Assembly: GCF_000150275.1 (NCBI RefSeq)
Contig: NW_002060946.1
Span: 863,562-927,561, forward strand
Length of the DNA stretch: 64,000 nucleotides
Source: Trichoplax adhaerens
Taxonomy: Eukaryota > Animalia > Placozoa
Reading direction: 5' to 3'
The notes beneath the pieces are model-generated. The model saw nothing but the letters and a program-made list of their open reading frames with translations, was not told the DNA's origin and ran no database searches. The position numbers and the translations under genes were made by a program. Each line of letters begins with the position of its first letter. The first letter of the stretch is position 1. Shown in pieces: positions 24,458 through 38,514 of the stretch.

Positions 24458-27400
24458 ATGATGGCCGCCGACGAGCGTCCTCGAGTGCGTGTTGAGGAAA
24501 CGATCAAGATTAAAATTGGTAGGTTTAGGTATTGTTGTCTTAATTCTACCGCATATGCGGTTCTATAGGATTGTGTACCCCCCCGTATTGTATTGTCTCC
24601 TTCTCTTGCTTTTTGAACATGGCATTACAAGAGTCATAAAATATTTCGTAAAATGTATTAATTTTTCAAACTGTTCAATATCGTATCTGATCGATAAATG
24701 ACTGCCTCTATCGCACGACGGTATTCTACTTTCGCTACTGTATCTTTAGCATCAGTTCAAGATAGGCAAATGATTTATTTGACGTTTTAGGATTGATTAA
24801 TGAATGAAGTGTGTTTTTTAGCGGTGATCGAACAAGAATAATTAAATGAAAAATTAATACTCCAAATTATACAACCGATTAAAAGCTTGTTATTAACAGA
24901 ACACGTTGAAGAGATTAACGTAAAACGCTGAAGTATTGGATGATAACAATGACGGGGACTAGAATTGATTTTGTTTCTAAAAACGCTATCCAATACCAGT
25001 CATCACCAAATAGATACCATACTACAGTCTTTTCGTGCAGTATACCCGTACAACATGGCAATAGCAACGCTAAAATTTTTTGTCCTGTTTTTGACAAGAA
25101 TGTACTTCCTATAGCAAGTAGATAAAGTAGTTATAAATTGGATAGACTAAAATGATGTCTTCCCTTCCATAGATTATTTTATTTTATTATACAGTACAGT
25201 ACAGTCAATCACTCCAAGATTTACTTTTATACAGTCATGGTGCGTTCGTTGTCACGTACTGAATCAAGAAGCCTATGATGATCATAATACTGTGTAAAGC
25301 AAGCATACTGTTATTACTGTACGTAGAAAGACAGAACTAGATGGTAGTACTGTAGTCCGTGCGTTTGTCGTGCAAGAAATCGCCTTCTTTGCATGCGGTA
25401 GGCGAATGTTGTTGTGTAAAAATGTCATGATAACAATTTTGCATATTTTTTTACATTAAAATTTTACTGCATCAATTTCGACTTTAGGATCGTCAAATGG
25501 ATGTTCTACAGTAGTGACAGAGTAAGATGTCAGTACGTCGGCACCTAATCGATTATATTATAAACTATCGCTGCAAAACACAGTGATACTAACTAGTCGA
25601 AATAACGTTAAACCTTGAATGATGGAAATGCATTCTGAAATTTCTTCTCATTTTTTTTTCAATGTGAAGTTAATGAAACTAGAAATTTGCTATTGAGTCA
25701 TTATTAATGATTTTTACCGATCAATATCATTTTCTTGTTTATAATTCATTGTTGGTTAAACCTTGCAGGTGAAGCTAAGAATTTACCCAATAGTTCTGGT
25801 CGCAATTGCTATTGTAAAGTCTCATTAGATAACGAACAAATTTTTCGAACAACTTCCGTAGAGAAATCGCACAGGTTAGTCGATTGATACCATATGTACA
25901 CTGTACTGTGCAGGTACTTTAAAAGTCAATCTCTGTGGCACTGTCTACGGAAATCTTAATGTTACTTGCTTAATTAAACAGAATGGTTAATTTATGCAAC
26001 GTACGCGAATAAAAAAAATTATGAACAGCGTAATTAATGCCGCCGCCTTCATAAACTAAGGTGCCACATGCGATTTTACCATCTAATTATACTATCCTAT
26101 TTGAGTTCCATGTCGTCGTAAAAATGCTGTTATGCCATTTTGCCTATTGGTAATTTACGTTTCTACCATATCCATGGACATGAGTCATTTATATAACCTT
26201 GTCTCAGTGTATGGTTGAACCATGGTTTAACCAGGGACTACTAAAAGAAAGAAGGGGCTACATTAACTTTAAGTTGAAGCTAATTACTTGATCAAATACA
26301 AAGTGTACCGTACTGGATTGCGCTATGTTTTCAGCCAAAATATCATACCATAATGACGTCTGTACTGTCTCTGTCTGCCTACGTGTAATCTTTAGTCATC
26401 GCTGCGCGTAAAACAATAACTCTCATTTTACTGGATTGTGCCATAAACTACTAGAAACAAGTACAGTAGTTCAAGACTGCGGTAGTCTAAAAATATTGTA
26501 TCAGAGACATAATTGTTGACTGAAGAAAACTCAGGTATTTTCCTACAATTACTGCAAAATTTCAAAAAGTCTAGGTATTTGATTGGGATTTCACTTGGAT
26601 GAGATGATTGTTAGATTCTGTACAGTATACTGTGCTATGATGTCAACGGTTGGTCAGGCATTACTAAAAGAGATCTTCGCTTAATAGTCTATAGTACACC
26701 ACTTCTCATATTACCCATAACCCATACTACACTAAAAAGGCAGTTAACATAAGCAATTTTATACAACACAGAATCAGGCAAGATCGCTTAATTTTTTAAA
26801 TTGAATAAAAATTCTTGTCTACTATCCCCTAAGAAAAGTTTGATTTAATTTTGAAGCCGAAAAGTCGACAATACCTTGAAACCCCTCCAGTACCGTACAG
26901 TACCATACTGAATATTTCTTCTGCATACAGTACAGTACTGTACACTGTAGCGGAACTGGTACCAACTACAGTACAGTACAGTACAGGACTGTGCTCAGTG
27001 TACTGTAGGGTATGGGGTATTTTGGGGGGAACATTAGCCCTGCCAATTTCATTCAACTCTGCTGCCTTGACAGTAATAACCATCAAATACTCTATACTGT
27101 CGTTTATTTTTTAGGCTACTCATCAAGAAAAATTAGACTAACAGCATAAGGTCGCTGACTCAGTGGCCAAGTAATAAATGGAAAAAAAACATTTTGAACA
27201 TTTTATCGTAATCCCTGGTAACATGATATTGTATTGCAAACAGATCTTTTGTAATCTGATCAGGGATATTACCAAATGTTACTAACCGTAAATAAATTTA
27301 TCAAATATTTATTAAATTAAAGCATATTTTGGTCGATGCTCCTCAGCACAGTACAGTTGAATATAGACAGTTGTATATACAGTAAGCAACAAACAAAAAT

Positions 27401-30400
27401 CGAAATTGATTAATTAATAGTCAATGCATTCAACTGAATTATTGATAGTTTTAAGGCTTAAAGTCTAGTATCCACACTTGACTTTATCTATATTATACAT
27501 ATTGTAGAATATATTCGTACATGGACAGTAATACTGAAGCAGATTTTCAATTTAGATATTCTCGTACAGTATATGCTGTATGGAAACGTATACATTCGTA
27601 TAGGTTATACCATGGTATATATATACCATGAAATTGAGAAAAATCTTAACAGTTAGTATAACTTATACGCGCTTTGCTAAGAGTAAGGTGGTGCTAAAAG
27701 GTTCAATGCCTACAGTCAGGTATCGTTACATTTTTTACAAAATTTGTGTGCTGTTTAACAGTAAGCTATGCGTATTTCAGTTATGCCCATAGAGGTTATA
27801 TGGATAAGAAAGATTAAAGTAGAACCGTAGAGATGATCAAGTTAAAAGGACCAAAATAGGCTTAAGTCTACATCATTGCCTTCCAATATCTCTACAGTAG
27901 AGTAATGCACCTAACGATGGTATTCTTATTTGAAATACTAAAAAACAAGCTGTGATTTGTTTATCCTAATTCATACTTGAATTATGATTCATTGAAAAGT
28001 TTTCCTTATTTATACGCGTAGATTGAAATTAGCTGCAATACCATTAAGCGTAATGTATAGTGGGTATGAATCAACACCACTATAAATACAGTGACGGAAT
28101 ATGATTATACACTTATGTACGCGGACGTATAGTTTTATTAAACTTGCAATACACCTGCTGTATGCTAGCTCTGTCAAGATGTGTGTATCATTAGCTGCTA
28201 AAGGTTAACTTGGATTTGTTAAGTACTGCAGTTGCTAGATAAGTAAGATAGCCATATAAAAACTAGGATTAAGTAAATGAAATTTGTTGTTTTTATTGCA
28301 GTCCGTTCTATGGTGAAGAATTTGAATTTGATATACCGAGAGATTTTGGAGTGTTATCCTTCCAAATACATGAGACTGATTTGTTTGGTTTTCGTAAAGA
28401 TCAAGCAATTGGCAAGGTAAGGTGTAGTCAGATACTAGTTTATCGTTAGTCAGCTTTTTTAGTAAAAGTCTAGATATATAGGACTGTCCTTTTGGATGGA
28501 AAAATCTCAAAGTAAGATCGGTATAGTATACTGTATAACAAAGCTTTCGATGCCGTTAGTACGCTTGCACATTTATGATTTTATTTATTTTACTACAATG
28601 CAACGGTAACAAATTGAGGACCTTAAAATGATGTCATAGCCTTTTGCATAGCGATCTCTTTAATAGATGCAGTATTTGCCTAACTTGATGGAAATGGGTT
28701 ATTGGATCAAGTAAATAGTTATTGTTTTCGTAATGATAATTTGTTAATATGATGAGAAACAGAAACAATTACCAAGTCATATTAATGATTAAATGTTGAA
28801 TAGAAGTTGAATTTGTTCAACTAGGCAAATTTTGTTATTCTAAACACATAAACTTATTTATAATCGAGCAATTGCGTTTAATTATTTATTTAAAGAGAAG
28901 CAGATTGTAAAACTTTCGCTATCCATACTGTAATAAAAGAGAGTTATACTGTAAGAGGGATATCGCAATCTGATATTCAGCCATTTATGCTATTTTTTCT
29001 CGTTACCTCATGAATTACCTCATATAGTATGGCCAGCTTGTTTAGATAGTACTGTAAATCAGTACCGTACGAAGATCAATTGATCTCTTATAGTAATACT
29101 CTAGAATTTCTAAATCTTTATTTTACATTATCGATGTTTTTTGGCTCTGCCATACAGATATCATTAACATTGCCAAATAAAATGGCAACCTTCTTGTTGT
29201 TTTTGAATTGTTATACTGTACGTAGACTATAGCTTTACACAAACAATTTAAATTTTGTAATTTAAAGGTCAATTTATTCAAGCTCTACGAGCTAAAACCA
29301 GCTACATAATACCTATATTTCAAAACTAACTTCAATTTTTAACATATAAGAAATTAATAAGTTTTTTTATAAAAAGAAAATATACAAACTTATGTTAATT
29401 TGATCTTTCTGTAAAAAAATGTATGCTATTAAAACAGCAAGTAATTGCAAGACACGTCGATTAACCAAATAACGGGTTGCAATCTTTATTTTCGATGCGT
29501 AGTCTAAATTTATTTCGTTAGGTCGTCCTTTATCTGAAACTGTCTTAAAATATAACACAATTTTTTATTTGTAAAGTTATGATTATATTAAATACTATGC
29601 GTTATCTTTATTGCTGTCTAATGTGATTTTGCAACAGTCTAAAAGTCGGTGATGGTCATTCTAGACAACGTTTTAATAGTAATAACATTCTTATTTTATA
29701 CTTGCATAGGTAATTATAAGACGATCTGAATTGCATACTTACAATGGGCTTGATAAATGGCACCCTATTTTGCCAGTTGATACTGAACCTGAAGCTCAGG
29801 TTAGCATAGCCTGTCGATAAAAGGGAAATATTAGCTAATGGTATTATAGGATATTGTTAGGCATTACATGGATTCTGAAAGATACGGATGTGATTTTTTA
29901 GTACATTTTATTTTTTTTGATTTTTTTTAAATCGATGTAATCACGCTTAATACCGTTATTTTCTTTTAAATTTTATTATAGTATTCAATGCTAGATGTTA
30001 ATAAATAATATGTTACGCATGGTCAGAAAATTATTATAACGACTCAAATGGCTATTTGCTTTTTTTCACCTTAATAATCAAAGTGTATTGTAAATCTTTA
30101 TAAAATATTTTTAGTACAAATATTCTACCAACTTAGCGTCAAGTTGGATGTATTTATTACACCTTTCGATTTCTAACATTAGTTATTAATTTCTGGGTCA
30201 CATAATATACTCTTAGTTGAGAATAAAAGATTCATTCACCTATCTTCTAAATTGCTTAAATAGGGTAAAATTCGGGTACGATTAAAGTTACAAGATGCAT
30301 ATGTGAATAAGACATGTTATTATAAATTACATGTTAAGTAAGTGTTAAATTTTAAATTTTTTGTATATCATCAATTTAATTTTTTTAATGATCAGAAGTA

Positions 30401-33400
30401 ATTTTGTTACTAATCAGCGGTATATATGTATTTCACAGAGTCATAGAGGCAACAGATTTGCATGCATGTCAAAGTAGTGGTACATCGGATACCTTCGCTT
30501 CTGTGAAATTAATGAACTATACGACAAAGTAGGTCGAGATGTTATGGCATTGATTTAAGAGAAGTTATAGGATATTTAATTTAATACCATAGCTTTGACA
30601 ATGTTATTCTTTTCAATGGTTATCGTCAGATAAAGGCATTTATACCACCTTTTATTTTAAGGAATAGACCAGAAGTAAAGCGTACAAAAGTTAGGAAAAA
30701 GACTCTTAATCCGACATTTGACGAAGAATTTAATTTCAGTGTAAATATATTTTACATTCTATTATCGATACATTTTAAAATTTTTGATGTATATTAGCGA
30801 TAGACATATATAGCAAAAATGTTGTAAATATTTATTATTGAAATGTATTCTTTTATCCGTAGTTATGGGATAATGATTTGTCAAATTACTGCGTCAAGTA
30901 AGAGTATATTTGTAGTTGTGGTCTTGGTGACTTGCAAATAAAATAGAAATATTGTTCCTGTATATAATGATATCTACTTTAATCTGGTTTTAAGTTTGTA
31001 CTTGTTTCTACTGTGTGCTTTTAGTATCGAGCTTTGTAATGCAAATATGATAGGGGATACATTTATGGGCAAGGTAATAAATATCATTTAGCAAACTAAC
31101 TATTTTTGAAATAGTTTTTGATCAATTCTTACTGTTGACTAATCTAGTATTTAAAAATTTTATTACTATTGTTATTTTTGCTATCATTGATAACAGCACG
31201 GATGATAATTTCTTCCAAGACTTTTATAGAATGTTGAAAATATGATTAAAGAATGCTATTTTAAATTAACGAAATCTAGGTTACAATACCACTTCAATCT
31301 TTGGATCTGTCGAGTAGTCACGAGGCAAGGTACGTTTCGCACTTATAACTAAAAAATTTTAATTTTTATTTAATAGTCAGTTAATTTTTCAAAATAGCTA
31401 TATGCTCAGTGAAAGGGAAGGCCGACACAGTGGAAATAAAGCTGATCTAGGATCGCTTCGTCTAAAAATTAATTATGTGGAAGATTGGGTTTTTCCCTCG
31501 CGATCGTATGACCAGTTAAGAAAATTAATTGTAAATTCTATTGACTGCAATGTAAGTATAATAAACTTTTTCGTCATCACATTGGCGGACTAATATTAAT
31601 GATTACGATTCTTACTCTCAATTTATTTCTTAAAATCAGCCGATCAACTCAAGTCCTGCCGCTGTTCTAGGTAGAATTGTTAAAGATAAGATAGACGCTG
31701 CAAAATCGTTAGTGAAGATTTTTCTCCATTACGATAAGGTAAATGGACAAGATAGTAGTTATGTGGATAATTTTAAATTTTCTCATTACAGGAATACTTT
31801 TTATTTCGTTGTAGGTTGTAGATTTTTTAAGGTGTGTAGCCGAAAATGAAATCCGCCATACAAGGTAAATGACCCTACACTACAATGTATATATATACAT
31901 ACGATGTTGATATAGAAATTGAAGTACATCAATCACTATTCTTTTTATTTTAAACATTCTATAGTGACCCTAATACTCTGTTTCGCGGAAATTCACTTGC
32001 TTCAAAAGCGATAGATGAATTTATGAAAATTTATGGCCAACATTACTTACATTATACCCTAAATGGCATCATAGATGAGGTCAATATCTAAATAGTGTAT
32101 TGTACAGTACATGTGTAGTTTGCTAACGTGCAATATATGTATATTACAAGGACCAGTAGTAGTTAAATTGTATTAAAATAAATTTTTTTATATTTATTAT
32201 CGTTACCGAAAATGCATACCAATGTAGATAATTGAAGACAAGAAACCATGTGAAATTGATCCCTCTAAACTGAAAGATAGCGAATCTTTGGATGCTAACC
32301 TTGTAATCTTATCTTCAATTCTAGCTTGTGATTCCCTAATAAATATTCTATACGAAGAAAGTGGCATACTACTTATACTCATACGATTATTTTTATACGT
32401 GATTGCTTTAGGGGAATTTACAAGGTTATGTCGAAAGATGTTTTGTAGCTATTACTTGTTCAGCAATTCATTGTCCACCTCTTATGTGTGAACTATTTCG
32501 ATATATCAAAGAAGCAGCAGTTAGACGTTTTCCAGGTTATATCATAAATTATCGCGTTTCACTATTGATGACTATGTATTAACTTTTCTAAATTATTATC
32601 TTTAACTAATTTTAGATATTGAGGACATTTGCTTTACCTCAGTTAGCGGTTTTATTTTCCTACGTTTTTTTGCTCCGGCGTTGTTAAATCCTCGCTTGTT
32701 TCAGATGAGAGCGGATCATGGGGTATACATAAATACTAACTTTCTGAGATTATAGAGTCTATGCAATTCTGATAACTAAGTTCCATTTGTGTGAACTTGG
32801 TAAAGATATTAACTTCAATCGCCTTTCTAATGTTTATAAATATTGCAGGAACCGCTAACCTGCAGAACATTAACGTTAATTTCTAAAAGTATTCAAAATC
32901 TAGGGAATCTTGGATGTGTTCAATCTGTAAGCTGTCCTTTACTTATATTTATCAGAGTTTTGCCAATTTTAAAGATACAAAATTTTTTGTAAAATATGGA
33001 TTACTTTTAATTCTTATCAAAGATGAAAGAAACTTACATGGAAACTCTCAATAGCATGTTCTTAAATGATACTCACATAGCAGCTGTGAAGAATGTAAGC
33101 ACTTTGTCTAAAAAAGATTTCAGTAATGATCGTATGAGTGATATATTACTCGTGGATTAGTTTTTAGATTTTATTTCATCTCCGCATGAATACAACGAAA
33201 ATTCTGGGATGCCTTTAGTACTCAAAGAAGGGTAATGAAAACATTTATTGAGTTTGAACGTATTTCTGTGATAAATTAGAATTGATAGAATTTATCAACT
33301 TGCGATAACTTTAGAATTATGATTAAACGTGCTCAAGGAAGACGGAAAAAATTTGGTGTAAAGCCTTTCCGGAAAAGGTGTGTACCCTAGAGACTCTCTA

Positions 33401-34813
33401 TGCCAGTGGCTTATTTTAAATTTTTTATATAAAAATTAATATTTTGCGTTATTTTATATTTTTAAGATATTTCCTGCTTACAACTGAAGAATTAAGTTAT
33501 GCGAAGGAGAAAGGTCGATAACTATAATTCTAACATCATGATCATGCGAAGACGTTTCCAAAATGTTCTATTTTTCTATTTTAACTTAAATCTTATGGAT
33601 TCTGTAAAGGCTCTGAAATCCTATGTCAAATTCCAAAGGAAGACATTCTTGCTGTAGAAAGAGTTGATTATGAAGCATTTAAAATGAAACTGGTACTATA
33701 ATCTGTAAAATTAAGAATATAGTATTTAGCTTGGTGTCAGTAATTAAATAAAAACTAAACATTCACTTTTTAGATGTTCCAAATAGTACAACCGAATAGA
33801 CCACTATATGTTTTAGCTAATAATAGTGTAGAAGAACGAGATTGGTGAGTGTTTAGATTCTATGGTGGAATTAGGGACGTAAACTTTTCCTATTTTACTT
33901 TTGCTGTTACTTTTTACCCAATTGAAACATTGATTTATGTGTAGGATTTATGTACTAAAGAAAATCTGTCAAAAGAACCCTAATAGATTGGAAGCTTATC
34001 ACCCGGGTGCATTTGATGAAAAGAAAAACGCTTGGATATGGTACGGCTATAATTTTATTTAAGACGAAAATTTGTGTAATTGGATATTACTAATATATAT
34101 ATATATCGTAACAGTTGTGGAAAACCACAGGAAGTTATCGCTGGATGTACGCATGTTACAAGTATATCTGAGTGAGCTCTCTAATGTTCTATTAGCGTTT
34201 GTAATCCTAATTTTTTGAAAATACAGTAGTACTGATATACCACGTATGATTTCATAGGGCTGACTCGCCTGATACCACTATGCATATAAAAGTTGATGTT
34301 GATCGGGAGCTAGAGAAGGTGTACACATTATTTGTAAATAAATTGGAAGATTTACAAAATCTACGGGGTAAACAATAATAGTATTATAAGATCTTTAATC
34401 AGTGTGATTATGGAATTTATTTGACAGCAAGAGCTAGCCTGTCATTTTATATCAATTGAATTGTTTACACGAATTTATAGAAGAAGCAGCGTCTAGCTTG
34501 CAGAAAGTATCCGATTTTCAACTTTATTCGAGGAATGAATTGCAAATTGAATTAACCTCCTTAAATGATATTATCGAGTTTTGTCATCGCCATTTATCTG
34601 AGCATGAAGACAATCGAAAATTTAACAGATCAGGAAATATATCATTCAGGTTAATATTTTATTCGATTCTTGTATGGATAGACACATTTTTAATTTAAAC
34701 TTGGTGTACTAAGCAAATGTAGATCATTAATTACACTCAACTGTCTATATGCTAGATCGGGGACTACGCAAGTTTCTGATACTTTTGGTATTGGTGATTT
34801 AAAGGTGCGCTAG
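24458..34813 (+). CDS. RASA3: GAP1-family Ras GTPase-activating protein (C2A-C2B-RasGAP-PH-Btk), RASA2/RASA3-like
   Basis: Exon 1 (M)[20 protein letters not shown] (24458/24461-24518); GEAKNLP...[14 protein letters not shown] (~25769); [15 protein letters not shown] (~28302); [18 protein letters not shown] (~31965); [15 protein letters not shown] (~32650); [15 protein letters not shown] (~32865); PH motif [21 protein letters not shown] (~33315); Btk motif YHPGAF..WICC (~34000). Stop TAG at 34811-34813. Confidence 0.93.
26885..27010. repeat. TACAGTA/GTACA-rich cryptic simple-sequence island inside RASA intron 2
   Basis: cagtaccgtacagtacc...tacagtacagtactgtacactgtag...tacagtacagtacagtacagg...gtgtactgtag, the same vocabulary as the promoter islands. 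Confidence 0.8.
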
Positions 34814-35581
34814 AAAATAGAACTGAATGGATAGTTTTATTTATTATGAAGCGCGTCAAACTAAGAATTACAAATCAACGTTTAATTTTGGTGTATCAGT
34901 AGCAGAGTATAGATCTAGGTTGATTTAATGTGGTTGCTTATTGATTTAATGATCAATATGATATTAATTAGTTAATTGTTATGCAATATAGCGCATTGTA
35001 TAACAATAAATCATTTGCTGTAACTATTAACGTCTTAATGCCCTTTTAAAATTGCTGGTAAGGAGCAAACATTTCTACCGTTACTAGCGCTACTTTTATG
35101 ATATTGAAATTCTTGTATTAATGTAACATCCATGTTACTACTTTATTGAAATTGTAAATATATGCAACTATGTTTTAACGCATCAGAGCAATGATTCTAT
35201 TTCATTAAGCAATTTAACATTATCAAACAGAATTTAATGCAGATCATGTTATAATACAACAATAGATTAAAGATTGGTACATTACAGGGTCTCATAAATT
35301 AAAATTAGATTTTCATCTATATCAATATCAAGATATTGCTTTCTGACCTTGTGCAAGGACCAAACTTGTAGACTGTGCATAAATTGTTGATATCATAATA
35401 TAAAATGTGAATCGACTATCCAATGTATAAGACATTGCAAAGAATTATTAAAATTTCTTTTTATGATATTTATCTTCCAACATTTCAACATTTTGCACAT
35501 TATTTATAAACAAGATAAATGTACTAACTTAGTATTAGATCTAATGGAAAAGAGACTTAATAATATAGAACTATAGAAATA

Positions 35582-37897
35582 TCACAAAAAGGCATTAGTA
35601 GCGCTTCGAGAAAAACGACTATCAAGCTTTTTAGCTTTATTAATAACTGAGCGACGCTGTGTCGCATTTAAGGCACTATGATTTAAGTCTTTTTCTCTAT
35701 CGAAGGGTCTCCTTTCCTTTTTCGTATCCTCTGGTTCTTCGTCCTAGTAATAATTAGAATAAATTAAGATAGTTGCAGCACTTTAAGTAATATATCAAGA
35801 TATGAAATATTACTAACCCGTTTTCTTTTAACGTGAAGATCTATAAGCGACTCTTTACGGTGATGTTTCTATGAATTTAAGTTAAGCAGGTAAATCCCAT
35901 TCGTTAGAATTATCTGTCCTTTATTTACTAATCTTGTGCTCTGTTAGGTTGGTAAATGTAATTAGAGAGATTAATATTAGAACTTATATATGTATAGTTA
36001 CATTGTAATCATCGATCTTCCTCAATACTAGTGAATCATTATCGGATAATTTCACATCGGGTTGTATCGGGCTGCGTTTTCTTTCTCGTTTTTCCTTTTT
36101 TAAGTATTATGAGAATGATCAAATAGCTATCATAATATTTAATAAAAACTATAAAATTATTATGATCTTAGCGACTTTGAAATACAATTTCATATTAGTA
36201 GAGTTGGTTATTACTACGGCTATACCTTATTCATCTTTTTAGCTTTATCACTTGGAGTTTCTGTCCAAGAAGTAGGGTCATATTTGCCTACTGACTCGTT
36301 CCTACGGAATTGTCGCGGTCCTAATCCTAACATTATTAGACAAACCCAGAAAATAGAGTGAGGCATATCAACTTTGCTAGTACCTTCTAAAATGATTTTA
36401 CCAACTTAATTTAGCCTGATCAGCTTACCAAACTGATTTCCTATACTGGCAGGCAAGTCCGTCATCCACGATTCACGCCCGCTCTTTGCCTGTCATTACC
36501 GATTTACATAAAATTAGAGTATTTGTTGTATCTATAATTATATAATGTGTTGATATTGTATTAATCATATTACATCTAATATTAACAATGGAACGTATTA
36601 TCTTTAACAATACGATAGATGTGTAATAATTTATAACTGCAATAGAGCGATAATAGTAGAATTTTTTTAGATATTAGCCCAACTGGCTCACTACCGTAAG
36701 ACGTTACGTTGTAAATAACTTTTACATTTTTTCGTAGAACCTTAAAATATTATAGAACAAATAACTAAGGTAGAATGAGTAGTATGTACATTATATTGCG
36801 GCAGTGTTCTATTTAAAATAAAATTACATCACCTCTTCCAAGTTAGATTGTTGTCTCGCTGCTAGAAACTGACGTTCTCTTTTCATGGCAATATCAGTGA
36901 TATCTTTCTAACATTATATACATAAATAGTGCAATACATGTATCAACTTGCAGATTTGTGTATTGTACAAAATGATATAAGTATAAGTTAAACGGAGCTA
37001 TCACTGATTACAAGCCCTAGTTTAAAAGTTCGTAAAAAGTACTGTATCACCTTGGTAATATAGAAGTATAATTGTTACTATGCGTATCATATATTCCAAG
37101 TAGCTTCTTTAACATAACTTTATCAAGATTATTCTTTGCTTTATACTGACTTACCCGTTTCTCATTTATCTTCTCCGGTAATGGGCCAACAAAGTCGTCA
37201 TCAACAGTATCGTCATTGCTAACTATTTAGAACAATGATAGCAAAAATGATAAAGATATTACTTTACAGCATTTCTATATCAAAATTTTATCATTTATTA
37301 ACTATAGTATAAATTTCAAAGATACTTAGTTACATTAGATGTAGTAACTATTAAAACATTTTAAAATATTATCCTATCTTCCATATCAATTACTGTTTAT
37401 ATGTATATTTAATACAATATGTCTGCATTAAGATATTGGCTAATTGGTTTACTATTCTAACAGAGTTAATAAAAACAATGCAGTTAATTATATGTTTCAG
37501 TCAGTTCACCTTGATGGAGAGTGATTTCGTCTTCCTGGTTAACATTACTTTGATATGGCATGATCGGTCCAATATATTTTGATTCTTTTGATGGACTATT
37601 GTTATCAGTATTTTGATCCTGAATACTTAGAGCAAAACCTGGAGGTAGTGCAGGTCCGTATTGCTGAGCCTCATTTGCTGTCTGTTCACTTTCAGGTGAA
37701 TCATTTTGATTTGATGTAGAGGCTGCACTGTTGCTTGCATGTGAAGACGGTAATATTGGACCGTAAGTTGCAACCGCAGTTGTTTCTTGTTTGGTTGATT
37801 CTTTTAATGTTTGACCAGTATTAGAAGTTGGTGATGCCTCCGTGCAGCTAGGTGGTGGCAACGGTCCATACGTTTTGGATGTCATTGACGAGGACAT
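35582..37897 (-). CDS. GPALPP1: GPALPP motifs-containing protein 1
   Basis: Repeated YGPLPP/YGPILP/YGPALPPGF/IGPIMP/VGPLP motifs, then RESWMTDLP, GLGPRQFRR, WTETPSDK, SLIDLH, RRPFDREKDL and LDSRFS...FL*. Eight GT-AG coding exons; stop at 35584-35582. Confidence 0.93.
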
Positions 37898-38126
37898 AAT
37901 CTCTAAATAGTGTTGTTACCCTAGACAGAAATAAATTTATCAATAAGATACTGCTGTTTGACTTTGAACAGGTAATTTAACTTGCTGATTAATCATGATA
38001 CGTTTAATGTGTCAATGGTACATTATAAAATAGTGATATAGAGTTTCAGCCATCTGTATTCAAATTGCTACTTAAGATATACTGATGTTGTCGCATTTTT
38101 TAAGGCCATGTTGATTTTACATAAGC

Positions 38127-38183
38127 ATAATCAGGTGCATCACCGATAATCCGGTGCATCACCGATAATCAGGTGCATCACCG
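38127..38183. repeat. Three 19-bp tandem units ataatc(a/c)ggtgcatcaccg
   Basis: Units at 38127, 38146 and 38165, each with an internal ggtg...cacc dyad. Located in the inferred GPALPP1 5'UTR intron. Confidence 0.9.
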
Positions 38184-38514
38184 ATGAGGCTTTTCAACTT
38201 TTTCTGAGCAATCATACATTACAAGATGGTAACTTGTGCATTTAATACGTTCCACTGACACCTCTTCTGTCACTACCTGTCACTATACGCGTGTATTTAT
38301 AGCAATATCGATATTAAGCAACACATTTGTCTATAATCAACCTCAATTAGCTTGATCGATGTCCGCAATCATTGCCGCCATGATTGTTTCCATTTCATCG
38401 ATTGAGCAATAATTACATTTAAAAAGGATGGCAAGTTGAGTCTTTAGTAAACACTATCTTAAGATCTCTTGTTCGGACACTAAGTAGTACCAAGCACTGC
38501 CGAACTCTCACACT

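Noticed and set aside
24787-25125. Short overlapping ORFs in RASA intron 1
   Set aside because: No recognisable domain and no compatible splice sites.
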